Of a stretch of 29,302 nucleotides of DNA, positions 1 to 10,138 are shown piece after piece. Location of the stretch: the UHGV virus genome UHGV-0110803; one strand, written 5' to 3'. The stretch is from a virus. Made by a program: the position numbers and the translations under genes. A model generated the notes under the pieces. That model ran no database searches. It saw only the letters and a list, made by a program, of their open reading frames with translations, and was not told where the DNA came from. The stretch's first letter is position 1, and every line of letters starts with the position of its first letter.

Positions 1-504
1 CTGCTCGCGCCCTATGCGCCACATTGCATCGGCAATTTCCCGGTCATTGCTGCCGCTGGCGATGAATTGCACCAGCCCGGCACGGTCAAAATCGTAGTTG
101 ATACCGGAATGATACTTGCCGCGCAGTTGCGCCACCTCCGAAGATACCGACCGGCGGGCGCCGATACGCGCATCGTTGCGGCCAACCAGCATTGCTTCAA
201 GCCCGATATCCGGGCGGTCTTTCCAGATAGTACGAAGCTCTCTAAGTCGTTGTGCGGCAATACGGGCGTTGATTGCCTTATTGCGAGCCTCAATCTGTTT
301 TGCCAGCATATCGGCATTGCTCAGTTCTTCCGCTGCGCGCATCGCGGCCTCTTCCAGAGACAGCGCCTCATTGGTCGCCAGAATTCGCCTAGTGGTGTCG
401 TTCATGTCACGCACCAGCGACTCCATCTCATCGGAAGAAAGCTCGCGACCAGCGGCAGCATTTACACTGCGCTCGCACTGCGTCAAAAATTCGTTTGCTG
501 CCAT
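1..504 (-). CDS. Internal virion/ejection protein, 3'-truncated by the window edge (N-terminus MAANEFLTQCERSV...)
   Basis: Open frame with no stop from ATG at 504 down to position 1 (168 codons); its ATG overlaps the TGA of the upstream gene (ATGA); absent from the ORF track because no stop lies inside the window. Confidence 0.5.
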   Translation of the reverse strand, partial: MAANEFLTQCERSVNAAAGRELSSDEMESLVRDMNDTTRRILATNEALSLEEAAMRAAEELSNADMLAKQIEARNKAINARIAAQRLRELRTIWKDRPDIGLEAMLVGRNDARIGARRSVSSEVAQLRGKYHSGINYDFDRAGLVQFIASGSNDREIADAMWRIGREQ

Positions 505-2201
505 CACATCCCCCGGTTAATCATACAGGCGGCAAATGCCCGGAAAGCGTTGCTCATGCTATTGTCGCTGGCGTCGGCACGAATATCATTGAGTTTCTGG
601 CGCAACGTGGTCGCAAGATCAGGGTTATCGACAGCGATATCGTCAAGCAGGGCGTTACTCAGGTTGAGCTCGTTATCAAGGTCTGCAGCGGCAGCGGTAA
701 TTTCATGATCTGCCTTTTGCGTTTCTTGATAAACCCGATCGGCTGTTTCGCTTGCTGGGCGAGCCGTTTCATCAACCTGCCGTGCCGGGTTCTGTATGCG
801 ATGGATGGCGCGTTCACGCAGTGCTGGTTTGTGCAGTTCATAGAAGGGCTCAACATCTGGGCTACGTCCTTCCATCATGTGTGCCAGCGCAGCGCGATAC
901 GCCTGCTGGTTCACGTTCCAGTCAGCATCCCTGATGGCGCTTGCGGCAGTGCGAACTGCGCCAGCGACCGGCGACATCTGCATGCCGTCCAGGATCTGCT
1001 GCGCACGCTCGGAAATGGTGACTTTCAGGTCGTCGGGGATCTCGCCGCGGGAAATCTGAGACTGGCGCCAGCGCGCCTGCTCTGCTGTCGCGTTCTGCTC
1101 CAGCGATGTATTGATCTCCTGATTGCGTGCAGCGATGGCGTCTTTCTCGGCCTGAATCTCTTTCAGTGCCCTAGAGCGCGCATCCTTAAACTTCATCCGC
1201 TTCCCCTGATACTTTTTGGTGCGCTGTTGCAGCGTCGCATCAAGCGAGTCAGCATGACGTTGATTAGCCGCAAGCTCGGCACGCAGGTCGGCAACGTTAC
1301 CGATCTGCCCGCTCTGTAACTCCTGCTGGCGCGCCATATAGTCAGGAACCACGTCGTCATAAGCCCGGCTGTATGCGTAGCTCTCCGCTTCACTGGAAAT
1401 GGCCGCCGCCAGATCTGCGTTAGCGCCAACCTCAGGGATATTCACGCCCGCCGGAATGTTGTCAGGCGTTATCACCGGGGTTGGCTGCGCATCGCCAGAA
1501 AACGCCGGGGACTCTCCCGTTGCAGCATCGGGAACGCGACGCGGTCGCACGATATCGGCGATAAGGCCGCCGCCGGCATGCATTAGACCGCCAGCCATCG
1601 TGTTAAAGAAAGTACTTTCCAACGCGTTGCTATAGGTGAAGTCGTCACCTTCCGCCGCCGCTGCCAGCCCGGTAAGCGGCACGGTCACCACCGCCTGCGC
1701 TGCCCCCATGCGTGCACCAGCAACAAATCGCTCGCCAAATCGGCCAAGCACAGAAGCTGCCTTTGCTTCTCCAGCGAACGGAACCAGCGCCAGCGCCACG
1801 TTACCAGGATCTGCCATTGAACCAGCTAGGCTGGCTGCGAAATTAAGCGGCGTGGCTACCCACCCGCTCGGTGCCGACATCGCAATCTGCTGGCGTGCCA
1901 GAGAATCTTTGCGTTCGGCAATAACATGATCGAGAAAAGCCTGCGTAACGCCAGAATCTGGCACGTTTATGCTCTTTACGCCGTACTGCTTCAGGAGCTC
2001 ATCTGCGTCCTGCTTACTGATAACTGTAGAGTTTGGGTCATTCGCCAGCGAGTCGGCCTGCGCAAAGCGGTAGCCGGACATGACCGGCCCCTCTTCAAAT
2101 CCCTGCTTAAGGGAAGAAAGCAGCGATTCGCCAAGCCCTGCTGGCGCGTTGCCAATTGGCTGGTTAATGCCCTGTCCCGGATCATCTGTGTAAATTGGCA
2201 T
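504..2201 (-). CDS. Internal virion/ejection protein (565 aa)
   Basis: Large ORF in the block downstream of the tail tubular genes; Ala/Gly-rich with coiled-coil-like stretches; position as in T7-type core protein sets. Confidence 0.55.
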   Translation of the reverse strand: MPIYTDDPGQGINQPIGNAPAGLGESLLSSLKQGFEEGPVMSGYRFAQADSLANDPNSTVISKQDADELLKQYGVKSINVPDSGVTQAFLDHVIAERKDSLARQQIAMSAPSGWVATPLNFAASLAGSMADPGNVALALVPFAGEAKAASVLGRFGERFVAGARMGAAQAVVTVPLTGLAAAAEGDDFTYSNALESTFFNTMAGGLMHAGGGLIADIVRPRRVPDAATGESPAFSGDAQPTPVITPDNIPAGVNIPEVGANADLAAAISSEAESYAYSRAYDDVVPDYMARQQELQSGQIGNVADLRAELAANQRHADSLDATLQQRTKKYQGKRMKFKDARSRALKEIQAEKDAIAARNQEINTSLEQNATAEQARWRQSQISRGEIPDDLKVTISERAQQILDGMQMSPVAGAVRTAASAIRDADWNVNQQAYRAALAHMMEGRSPDVEPFYELHKPALRERAIHRIQNPARQVDETARPASETADRVYQETQKADHEITAAAADLDNELNLSNALLDDIAVDNPDLATTLRQKLNDIRADASDNSMSNAFRAFAACMINRGM

Positions 2202-2202
2202 G

Positions 2203-4824
2203 TTATCGTCCTGATTGCTGGCCGTTCTGGAAAATGTTAATCAGGTTGTCGCGCTGACTTTCTGCGCTGTATTCCTTAGACTGTCCGGGAGTATATTTCA
2301 CCGGAGTATCAATGAACTTGGTAATGCGGTTCCATACTGATCGGTTGGTTGTTCCCAGTTTCGCCAGATCGTTGAACGGCACCGTAATCGGGTTGCCGTC
2401 GGCACCGTTGACGATCAGCCCGTTGAGCATCAGGGTAAGTCCTGTTTCGTCGCTGTTGGTAACCCACTGCGCATTATCACGAATGCGGGAGATACTCTGC
2501 TCACGGTTGACCTCATCAGGTAGCCTTGGGTCACCAATAAGCGGCATAATCTGATCTGCTGACAGGTTTTTCAGATACGCATTGGCACCATCGTTAACGT
2601 CACGAATATCTACCCCTGCACGATTAGGTAGCCGCCAAGTGCCATTGGTCTGGTACTGCTCGCCGAGAAGGTCCTGATACGCCTGTTTTGCTGCATCAGA
2701 CGCCGACATTCCGCGCTGCATGTAGTTGTAGGTCAAGCGTTTTCCCTGCTCGTTATAAATAGTCCAGTTTTCAGCACCATTTCTCTGAGGAATAAGAGTT
2801 GAAGAAAAATCTTTAAATTGATCTGTCCACGATGAGTCTGCACTGTCTGCCTGGTTTTTATCCAAACCAGATCTCAAATCAGAAGTAGGTACATTCCGTA
2901 TTTGCCACAACGCATCTGCTGCCCGTTGGTTTTCTGTAGACATTACAACCTTTAAAGCTGGGAATGCTTTATTTTGCACCTGCCGCATCACCTGATCCGA
3001 GTATTTGCCGAACGACTGCGCCACCGACTGAATGGCCTTTACGCTAGATTCCTGCGTGTTGTCAATACGCTGCAGTACGTCGTTGACCATGGACTCCGGT
3101 AAAACTTTTTTGCTCATTATCCCCAGGCGGTCTTTTTCAGACTGTATGCGGGAAACTAGGTATTCACCAGATGAAGGGTCATTCAGGTACTGCTGGAATG
3201 CAGCCTGCACAACCGGAGAGTTTTGTTGCAGCCATGCCCCCGGATCCGCTTCCCGCGCCTTCAGTACCTGCCCAAGCTTGACCTTTGCCGATGCATAAAG
3301 CTCTGCTTTGTATTTAAAGTCAGAGTCGTTTTCCTGCGGTGCCATTGCCTGCACGGCGGCGGTACCTTGCTGGACGTTGCCCTGCATAATGGTCTGATAA
3401 ACAGGTTGTAGCGTCATTGCCTGCTGGTATTGCTGGAAGGTTTTTTCCATCTGCAGGCGCTCGGCAGGCGCTGCCTGAAGCGGCATAACGGCGGCCCATT
3501 CGTGCGCTGAAATAGGCGTCACCTGCTTACCGGCCTCAATTTTGGATAGGTCGTCCTGCATTCGACTCTGTAGCGCAACGCGACCGGCTGAAGCCTGCAT
3601 GTCGTACATGCCAGCAACCTTGCTCATCATCTGCGACTTTTTGTCCGGACTCATGGCGTTCCAGAATGGCTGTGCGATGAGGTTTTCCATCGTCGCAGAT
3701 CCAGGAATAGCTCCAGCACTGCCAGTTACTTTTGCCACATAATTGCGCGTCTCGTCGTATGGGATAGCTGCGGCAAACTGGGCGTTACTGACTTCGCCTG
3801 TGCGCGGATCGCCAATCTGTTTAATCCAGCCGTCAACCTTTCCTGGGCCAGCGTTATAGGCAGCTACTGCCAGAACCGGGTTATTGTCGTATTTCTTCAT
3901 CTGCGCGCCGAAATAAGCTTGCCCCAAGCGGGCATTATAGCGCGGGTCATTCAACCATTTATCTCGGTCCCACGGCACGCCAGCAAGGCGGGCAGCTTCG
4001 GGGCCAGTATCTTCCGTCACCTGCGCTACGCCAACAGCGCCTTTTGGCGACACCAGAGGTGTTCCGTCCTTTCCGTACTGATTTCCGCCACTCTCCTGCC
4101 AGATTATTGCAGAGAATAACTGCGCCTCACTCGGTGTATCGGTTACCTCAATCTTGCCGTTCGGACCCATCATCTGTTGATACATCGGCACATACCACGC
4201 CTCCGCCGCACCGTTCGCGGCATTCTCGCGCCACGAAACCCAGTTCTGTTCAATCTCTTCCTGACTCTGGCCGTGGGCTTCGCCGTAAGCGATGATGCTA
4301 TGATATGCCTTCAATCCTGCCTGGTTTGCCATTGTCGGGTTACGGAACTGCATCGATAGGTTTTTTAGTGTCGCATCCTGCATATCCGCCTCATACTGGC
4401 GAACCTGTCCTATTTCGTACCTCCCGGCCTGCGTAGTGAACTGAATGCGCTGCTGCTGCGCCTGCTGCATGAAAGCATTACGAGCCTGTTCATCCGGCAG
4501 CGACATAGCCAGTTGTTCGACCTGAGCATCAAACTGCTGCGTATACTCCTGACCTTTTCCAATAGCATTTTTCCCTTTCAGGTTAAGCAAACCTGTTTCA
4601 GGGTTATTCAGCAGATCGCTGCCTGTCTGACTGAGTTTAAGGGATGCCTCCTGAACCATAGCAACATTCTCTTTCTGCCTGGCTTCACCATATGCCACCG
4701 CATACTGATCTGCGACATTCGCCAGCACCTGACCTGCTTGAGGAACATCGAAGGTCTGAAAACCACCGGTTTGCACACCACGACTTTGCACCTGGCGGCC
4801 GGATGTAGTAGGAACAACAGGCAT
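2203..4824 (-). CDS. Internal virion protein with lytic transglycosylase (SLT) domain (873 aa)
   Basis: SLT signature IIWQESGGNQ ... AYNAGPGKV inside a large virion-module ORF. Confidence 0.75.
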   Translation of the reverse strand: MPVVPTTSGRQVQSRGVQTGGFQTFDVPQAGQVLANVADQYAVAYGEARQKENVAMVQEASLKLSQTGSDLLNNPETGLLNLKGKNAIGKGQEYTQQFDAQVEQLAMSLPDEQARNAFMQQAQQQRIQFTTQAGRYEIGQVRQYEADMQDATLKNLSMQFRNPTMANQAGLKAYHSIIAYGEAHGQSQEEIEQNWVSWRENAANGAAEAWYVPMYQQMMGPNGKIEVTDTPSEAQLFSAIIWQESGGNQYGKDGTPLVSPKGAVGVAQVTEDTGPEAARLAGVPWDRDKWLNDPRYNARLGQAYFGAQMKKYDNNPVLAVAAYNAGPGKVDGWIKQIGDPRTGEVSNAQFAAAIPYDETRNYVAKVTGSAGAIPGSATMENLIAQPFWNAMSPDKKSQMMSKVAGMYDMQASAGRVALQSRMQDDLSKIEAGKQVTPISAHEWAAVMPLQAAPAERLQMEKTFQQYQQAMTLQPVYQTIMQGNVQQGTAAVQAMAPQENDSDFKYKAELYASAKVKLGQVLKAREADPGAWLQQNSPVVQAAFQQYLNDPSSGEYLVSRIQSEKDRLGIMSKKVLPESMVNDVLQRIDNTQESSVKAIQSVAQSFGKYSDQVMRQVQNKAFPALKVVMSTENQRAADALWQIRNVPTSDLRSGLDKNQADSADSSWTDQFKDFSSTLIPQRNGAENWTIYNEQGKRLTYNYMQRGMSASDAAKQAYQDLLGEQYQTNGTWRLPNRAGVDIRDVNDGANAYLKNLSADQIMPLIGDPRLPDEVNREQSISRIRDNAQWVTNSDETGLTLMLNGLIVNGADGNPITVPFNDLAKLGTTNRSVWNRITKFIDTPVKYTPGQSKEYSAESQRDNLINIFQNGQQSGR

Positions 4825-5390
4825 CAGTAACCTCCTATTTTGAATCGGGAGTCAGAATTCATAAAACCTGAGTTAGATAACATTGGCGTGTTTCCTTGCT
4901 TACTAATCGGATTGATACTTCCGCCACCCAACTTATATGCACCGTACGCTTTTAGTGGTGCCGTTAACAAAGTGCTGGTCATCGATGATTTAGCAGCCGA
5001 CTGAGCAGCAGCCCCCTGTGCCTGAGCATTCATTCCCTGAACCTGATACCCATATGCCTCACGCTGAGCATTATTCACTGTCGTTAACGCATCAAGAGTG
5101 CCGAACTGAGCATTATCCGCAAAAACGTCAAGAGCTGTTCCGCTACTTAATTCCGCACCGGTAGCCCCCATAGTGGCCGCCGCAGTACCTGAGCGTTGAC
5201 GCATTTCACGACGACGCTGATCCGCTTCAATATTCCCACGATTGATTGAATCCTGTGCCTGAGCTTCAGCAATTTCAGCATTCCGATCAGCTATGGCTGA
5301 CTGGTATTTTGCCTGCTTGCTCTGGCTGTACATTGACGCGGCTGTGGATGCCACTGTGACGGCAACCAAAGCGATGGCTGGGTTACACAT
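4824..5390 (-). CDS. Internal virion protein with N-terminal transmembrane helix (gp14-like position)
   Basis: N-terminus PAIALVAVTVASTAASMY is hydrophobic; Gln/Ala-rich remainder; gene order after tail tubular genes. Confidence 0.5.
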   Translation of the reverse strand: MCNPAIALVAVTVASTAASMYSQSKQAKYQSAIADRNAEIAEAQAQDSINRGNIEADQRRREMRQRSGTAAATMGATGAELSSGTALDVFADNAQFGTLDALTTVNNAQREAYGYQVQGMNAQAQGAAAQSAAKSSMTSTLLTAPLKAYGAYKLGGGSINPISKQGNTPMLSNSGFMNSDSRFKIGGY

Positions 5391-5854
5391 TATTTTCTCT
5401 CCATGTGAAATCTGTGGAAATTAAGACCAAGAGCACCATAAGGCGCGGCTTCTTCAAGCCTGAATCCAAGCCAGTGCAGCCATGCTTTGGCAACATGGTT
5501 TCGCTCGTCGACGTAGTTTTCCAGGCGCGGATAAACTGCCAGCATCTGCTGCAATACAGGGCGGCAGTGGCGAAGAAATGTCTTCTGATATTTTTCAATA
5601 CGGCTGGTTCCTACCAGCCAGGGCGTACCATTGCCACCGATCATTGACGCCGGAGATACGCCAAACATGGTTACCAGTTCTCCGTTCGCAAATCCTGACC
5701 AGGCCATAGTCGCAGTGCGAAGACCAACACGCAGCGCATCTTCGGTAGTCATCAGCGATACCGCATACAGTTCGTCAATATCAGCCTGACGAACATCCGG
5801 CAAAATCATCTGAAGATGCTCTTCGGTAGCGGGAATAATTTGAACGTCAATCAT
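5390..5854 (-). CDS. Small virion-module protein (gp13-like position, 154 aa)
   Basis: Positional call only; overlaps neighbours by 1 nt (coupled). Confidence 0.4.
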   Translation of the reverse strand: MIDVQIIPATEEHLQMILPDVRQADIDELYAVSLMTTEDALRVGLRTATMAWSGFANGELVTMFGVSPASMIGGNGTPWLVGTSRIEKYQKTFLRHCRPVLQQMLAVYPRLENYVDERNHVAKAWLHWLGFRLEEAAPYGALGLNFHRFHMERK

Positions 5855-8325
5855 CAGAATCCCCCAACAGTAAGGCGAGGAATAACGGCAAGAACAGACA
5901 GCGGCAACGGGTCAAGCTGACGGATTTTTACACGTCCGTTTTTGCCCCAGTTACTGTCCAGTTTCACTTCTACTTTTCCGGTAGCATCATCAACAGGATC
6001 ATCGTAGAACTCGAATTCACGCTGTGGATATTCGTACCATTTACCGCCGGGCGTAGTCGCCCAGATGCCGCGACTGGCATTCACAACCAGAGTAACGGAG
6101 GGGATCACCTGTTTTTTGTCCAGCAGCGTTTCCTGTCCGTTAATGTTGATATCCAGTGTTTCGAATTCAGCAGTTATTGGCAGGCCGATGTGCACTACAG
6201 CCCCCGGAGATTCCAGCGTGACGGCACCTCCGGAAACCACTTTCTGTGGTTCCACGTTCGCATCAGAGAGAATGTTTACGGTCTGACCTTCAAGATGAGA
6301 CAAGCCGCCAAATGCCCGGCGCGCCATCTGCCAGTTCGTGGTGGCCACATTCCTGAGGGATGGCGGGACGTTCCTGTTAGGACGAACCACTACAGCGGTA
6401 TTGCTGGTTACAGAAATAATGTCGCAACGTAATTCTTTTGACACTTCATCGCCAGTATCAGGATCAGTTCCGGCATAAGGGAACTGTAGTTGCGCACCGA
6501 CATCACTACTGGTGAAGTACGCACCACCAGAAACACTGATTGTATATTCCGCGCGGTAATCCCATTCACCAGAACCACCAGTGATGATCATCGTTCTGTC
6601 AGACGTATTTCTTCCATCATAGCTAAGGCCAGAATCAACAAAGAAAGCGTCTTCATCGCTGGTAAATAAACGGCTGGACAGTCTCTCGATGTATCTCACT
6701 GCTTGCCCGTTAACGGTTCGGTTAACGACGAAATACACCGCATCTTCATTGCCTTCGCTGATACTGCATGTGCTTTCATATTTTCCGGTACTGGACTGTG
6801 GTGCCCATGCAAAAACCTGCTGATCACGCAAATAGGTCATCACCAGTAATTTACCGTCATCACGAATGCAGAAGGCGCTGGAGTAAGGGACAATCGAGAA
6901 GCACCAGTCAACAATGCTGTGCTTCTGAAAAAGATGATTGGCAAGGATGGTCAGGTCGTTCCCCTGATAGCCGTCAACATCGAATGAGTAGGCCAGATCA
7001 CGGACAACGCTGCCTTTCTCCTGGACGAACAGAGCAATATTCGCCACAGCAATTGGTGGGACATTGCTCGAGCCATTTGATCCCTGAGAGCTGAATGCAA
7101 ATGATGATGGGGTTAACACTTTGTTCTGGTCGCCGGTGATGACGTACTCACCTCCGGAAGTCAGTGCCACCAGCGAACCGACATCAATCAGGTGGCGGAT
7201 CTCATTAACCTGACGCCCGGCATAGGTGTAGATAATTCTGTCGTCATCCTGCGTAGGATTGCTTTTGCCAAAATCCTTATAATCCCCGGTACGGCTGGCC
7301 CAGATAGTCTGAGGGAACGCAGTCGATGCGGCGAAGTAAAGACGTTGTTGATAATAAACAACAGTGCCAGGATAACCATTAACACTGTTCCAGGCATATT
7401 TAGCCCATTTATAGCTGGCATTATCCTCGCCAACGACCTGCGAAGGGATATAGGAAATCACCTCGGCAGTTGCAGTAGTTCCATTTGCAGCAGTGATACG
7501 GGCAATGCCAAAACCACTGTGCAGATATTCCCACTCAATGCCAGTATCATCATCACCGGATCCGCCCCAGCCATCCCATGATGTGCCTTCTGTATGCGAA
7601 GGGCGCAAAGTGCCTGTTTTGCCTGCTGTAACGGCGCGATAGTAGTTACTGTCTGCACGGCGAATATCGCCAATCGACGTACTCTTACTGGTTTCCCATA
7701 CCGGCACTGAATCCACTGCAGGCTGTTCCAGATAGAACAATTTGCCTACCTGCTCCGCGCCAAAAATAGAGGCGCTTGCTGTTAACGTAATTGTCCCGGT
7801 GCTGGCGCTGGCATAAACCGTCACTGACTCGTCAATATTGATATCTTCAAATGGCCCGTTCTTCGTTACCACATCAACCAGTTGCCAGTTGTCATGCGCA
7901 TAGCGGCGCAACTCTTTCGGCGGGTATGCCGGGTGAACCAGCGTAAGCACGTCGGCGCTTTGCGTAAATTTAATTCGGAACAGATCGGCTTCAGTATATG
8001 GCGTGGCAATTTCATAAATAACATTGCTGCTGTTCAGCACCAACGCACCATCTTTGATAACGCGCATGTACTGGTGCCCGAACTCCAGAGCATAGGTCTG
8101 AACCGTCGAGAACTGGAACGGGATCAGGCGGCATTTCCGATTTGGGTATTTGGCGGCACCGACAAAACGCGTACCAGGTCGATTCTCAACGCCGCCATAC
8201 TGCCGCACGATAAAGTTATCGCACTTGCGCAATGCCACCTGGTACTTCGCCATGTCGATACGACCGTACAACGACGGTCCAATCTCACCACCGGCAAAGC
8301 TGGGCTGGATCCAACTGATAGCCAT
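5854..8325 (-). CDS. Tail tubular protein B-like (nozzle), 823 aa
   Basis: Size, position after the adaptor gene and N-terminal pattern SFAGGEIGPSL resembling T7 gp12-type proteins (from memory, not searched). Confidence 0.6.
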   Translation of the reverse strand: MAISWIQPSFAGGEIGPSLYGRIDMAKYQVALRKCDNFIVRQYGGVENRPGTRFVGAAKYPNRKCRLIPFQFSTVQTYALEFGHQYMRVIKDGALVLNSSNVIYEIATPYTEADLFRIKFTQSADVLTLVHPAYPPKELRRYAHDNWQLVDVVTKNGPFEDINIDESVTVYASASTGTITLTASASIFGAEQVGKLFYLEQPAVDSVPVWETSKSTSIGDIRRADSNYYRAVTAGKTGTLRPSHTEGTSWDGWGGSGDDDTGIEWEYLHSGFGIARITAANGTTATAEVISYIPSQVVGEDNASYKWAKYAWNSVNGYPGTVVYYQQRLYFAASTAFPQTIWASRTGDYKDFGKSNPTQDDDRIIYTYAGRQVNEIRHLIDVGSLVALTSGGEYVITGDQNKVLTPSSFAFSSQGSNGSSNVPPIAVANIALFVQEKGSVVRDLAYSFDVDGYQGNDLTILANHLFQKHSIVDWCFSIVPYSSAFCIRDDGKLLVMTYLRDQQVFAWAPQSSTGKYESTCSISEGNEDAVYFVVNRTVNGQAVRYIERLSSRLFTSDEDAFFVDSGLSYDGRNTSDRTMIITGGSGEWDYRAEYTISVSGGAYFTSSDVGAQLQFPYAGTDPDTGDEVSKELRCDIISVTSNTAVVVRPNRNVPPSLRNVATTNWQMARRAFGGLSHLEGQTVNILSDANVEPQKVVSGGAVTLESPGAVVHIGLPITAEFETLDININGQETLLDKKQVIPSVTLVVNASRGIWATTPGGKWYEYPQREFEFYDDPVDDATGKVEVKLDSNWGKNGRVKIRQLDPLPLSVLAVIPRLTVGGF

Positions 8326-8933
8326 CAGGACAACCTCGCAATGGTAAACTCATCAACCGGTGGCTGTGGTTCCTGTGATTCATTCTGGCTATGCGAGCCA
8401 GCACTAAGAATCACGCGATTGTACATATTGAGGGCAAACGTACCGAGGTCTGCATTCCCAGTCAGCGCCATGTTAATAGCTGCCGCAAGACGCCAGGCCA
8501 GCGCCTCCATAAAAATGGCATCAAACATGTTCACATCTGTAACGCGAGAGACATACTTAAGCCATGCCTGCGGCTGGTCTGTGTAGATCAATTTTCCTGT
8601 TCCGTTGGTGTCTGCACCAACTTCGTACTGAACACGCATTGCTGCTGTTGGATTGCGTACACCAGGAAGCATAATTTCAGTAATGCGCAGACAATCGGAA
8701 GGGTACTGGTACGCATATTCCCAGTCAGGCGGTGGATTGCTCGTATCTGCAAGCGCCACGCGTTTTGTAGCAAAGTTCCAGTCAAAATCAGAAAGCACAG
8801 CATCACGACAGGCCTCAAAATGCAGCGAACATTCCCCCGCTTCCTTGCTGGCTTCCGTCAGGCTGTTAATGCTGCGGCTGTTGCCAATATTGGACAGCGC
8901 ACGATTACAGATCTCTACTACAGAGGCCATCAC
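8325..8933 (-). CDS. Tail tubular protein A-like (adaptor/gatekeeper), 202 aa
   Basis: About 200 aa immediately upstream of the tubular B-like gene; N-terminal pattern NRALSNIG ... DFDWNF resembles T7 gp11-type proteins. Confidence 0.5.
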   Translation of the reverse strand: MMASVVEICNRALSNIGNSRSINSLTEASKEAGECSLHFEACRDAVLSDFDWNFATKRVALADTSNPPPDWEYAYQYPSDCLRITEIMLPGVRNPTAAMRVQYEVGADTNGTGKLIYTDQPQAWLKYVSRVTDVNMFDAIFMEALAWRLAAAINMALTGNADLGTFALNMYNRVILSAGSHSQNESQEPQPPVDEFTIARLS

Positions 8934-9253
8934 TCACCCCCGTTACCGTAGAGGGTTTCAGCCGCTGATTTTTCTACATCACCGGAAACAGGAGCGATTG
9001 CCATATCAGTGATCTGCAGATCGGCGCTGCGATTAACACCATCGTCAGTTTCTCTGGCAGACAGGCCTCGAATAACAGCCTTCGCAGTTATCATCACTTC
9101 TGTTCCGACGCCCTGAGGTTGCGCCTTCAGCTTATTCAATGTGTCGTTATTCAGCGTGATGCACAGCCCCCACGGGTATTCATCGCGAGTTCTGGTTTCT
9201 CCGCTCTCATCCTGGTAGCTGTCAGTGCCGGTTTTGAGGTTTACGAGTTCCAT
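8930..9253 (-). CDS. Hypothetical virion-module protein (107 aa from ATG)
   Basis: Track ORF trimmed to the ATG preceded by AGGAG at 7 nt; the track start is an upstream GTG. Confidence 0.4.
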   Translation of the reverse strand: MELVNLKTGTDSYQDESGETRTRDEYPWGLCITLNNDTLNKLKAQPQGVGTEVMITAKAVIRGLSARETDDGVNRSADLQITDMAIAPVSGDVEKSAAETLYGNGGE

Positions 9254-9262
9254 ATACACTCC

Positions 9263-9287
9263 TGCAATAAAGGGGCCGAAGCCCCTT
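9263..9287 (-). terminator. Intrinsic terminator between head-accessory and tail genes (AAGGGGC-TTCG-GCCCCTT then TTATTG on the minus strand)
   Basis: Perfect 7-bp stem located between the stop at 9304 and the next RBS. Confidence 0.45.
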
Positions 9288-9303
9288 GTCTGATTCGCGA
9301 GGC

Positions 9304-9639
9304 TTACACGCCCAGTTCTTTACGCTTATCTGCGATCTTCTCGCGGAGCGTTTCAGCTTTGGCGTTATGGTGTGGCTTCTCGTTAAAGAGCAATTCGTAC
9401 TCTTCACGGAGCTTATCCAGTTCACCATCATCTGACACATCGTTGATGATTTTGGTGCTGGTTGCTGCCATTGACACCTTTCCTGCAACTTTTGCTTTTG
9501 CCTGTCTGGCTGCATCGTTAACAGGTTCCAGTGCGCTACCAGGCTCACCTTCGTATTCGATTTCTGCCCCCTCCGGCCACAGTGTGTTATGGATATGAGA
9601 GAGGCGCAGAACGCGGTATCTTGGTTTCTCACCTGACAT
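9304..9639 (-). CDS. Hypothetical head-module protein (111 aa from ATG)
   Basis: Track ORF trimmed to the ATG preceded by AAGGTGA; followed by an intrinsic terminator. Confidence 0.4.
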   Translation of the reverse strand: MSGEKPRYRVLRLSHIHNTLWPEGAEIEYEGEPGSALEPVNDAARQAKAKVAGKVSMAATSTKIINDVSDDGELDKLREEYELLFNEKPHHNAKAETLREKIADKRKELGV

Positions 9640-9649
9640 CGATATCACC

Positions 9650-10087
9650 TTAACCAGTTACTTTTGAGCGGATCGGATACGGCGTATTGGCATCAACATC
9701 AAGACTGATACCAGCAGTGAATTCGCCAGCCGTTAGTGGGCCAGTTGCGACGGAGTAGTTAACACGCAGATATCGCTGAACACCGGCAGGCACCTTTGCA
9801 GAAACAACTCGTTTACCTGCTGTCAGGGCGGTCTTTGCCAGTGCGCCACTATCATAAATAGTGGTCCATGAGCTGTTATTCTCACTCGTCTGCAACTGGA
9901 TGTTTACAGTTGCATCACCGCTTGCCGCGGCGGCTGTGTTAACCAGCGCCCAAAACTCAAGCGGGTAACCCACGCCGATATCACGACGTTTTCCGTCAAT
10001 TGGACCGAGATCGATTACGTCAGTAGAAGCCGCGGTATTCGTAACCGCCTGAGCTTCGGAGAACATCAACAGTTTGTCGGTGATCAT
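9650..10087 (-). CDS. Putative capsid-associated/decoration protein (145 aa)
   Basis: Directly downstream of the major capsid gene; Thr/Ser/Ala-rich beta-type composition; function is a positional inference. Confidence 0.4.
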   Translation of the reverse strand: MITDKLLMFSEAQAVTNTAASTDVIDLGPIDGKRRDIGVGYPLEFWALVNTAAAASGDATVNIQLQTSENNSSWTTIYDSGALAKTALTAGKRVVSAKVPAGVQRYLRVNYSVATGPLTAGEFTAGISLDVDANTPYPIRSKVTG

Positions 10088-10102
10088 CTTCTTTCTCCAT
10101 TA

Positions 10103-10122
10103 GTGGGTCTGTTACGACCCAC
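10103..10122 (-). other. Stem-loop immediately downstream of the major capsid gene (GTGGGTC-loop-GACCCAC), no U-tract
   Basis: 7-bp perfect inverted repeat in the 51-nt gap after the capsid stop. Confidence 0.4.
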
Positions 10123-10138
10123 AGGTTAATAACAGGCG

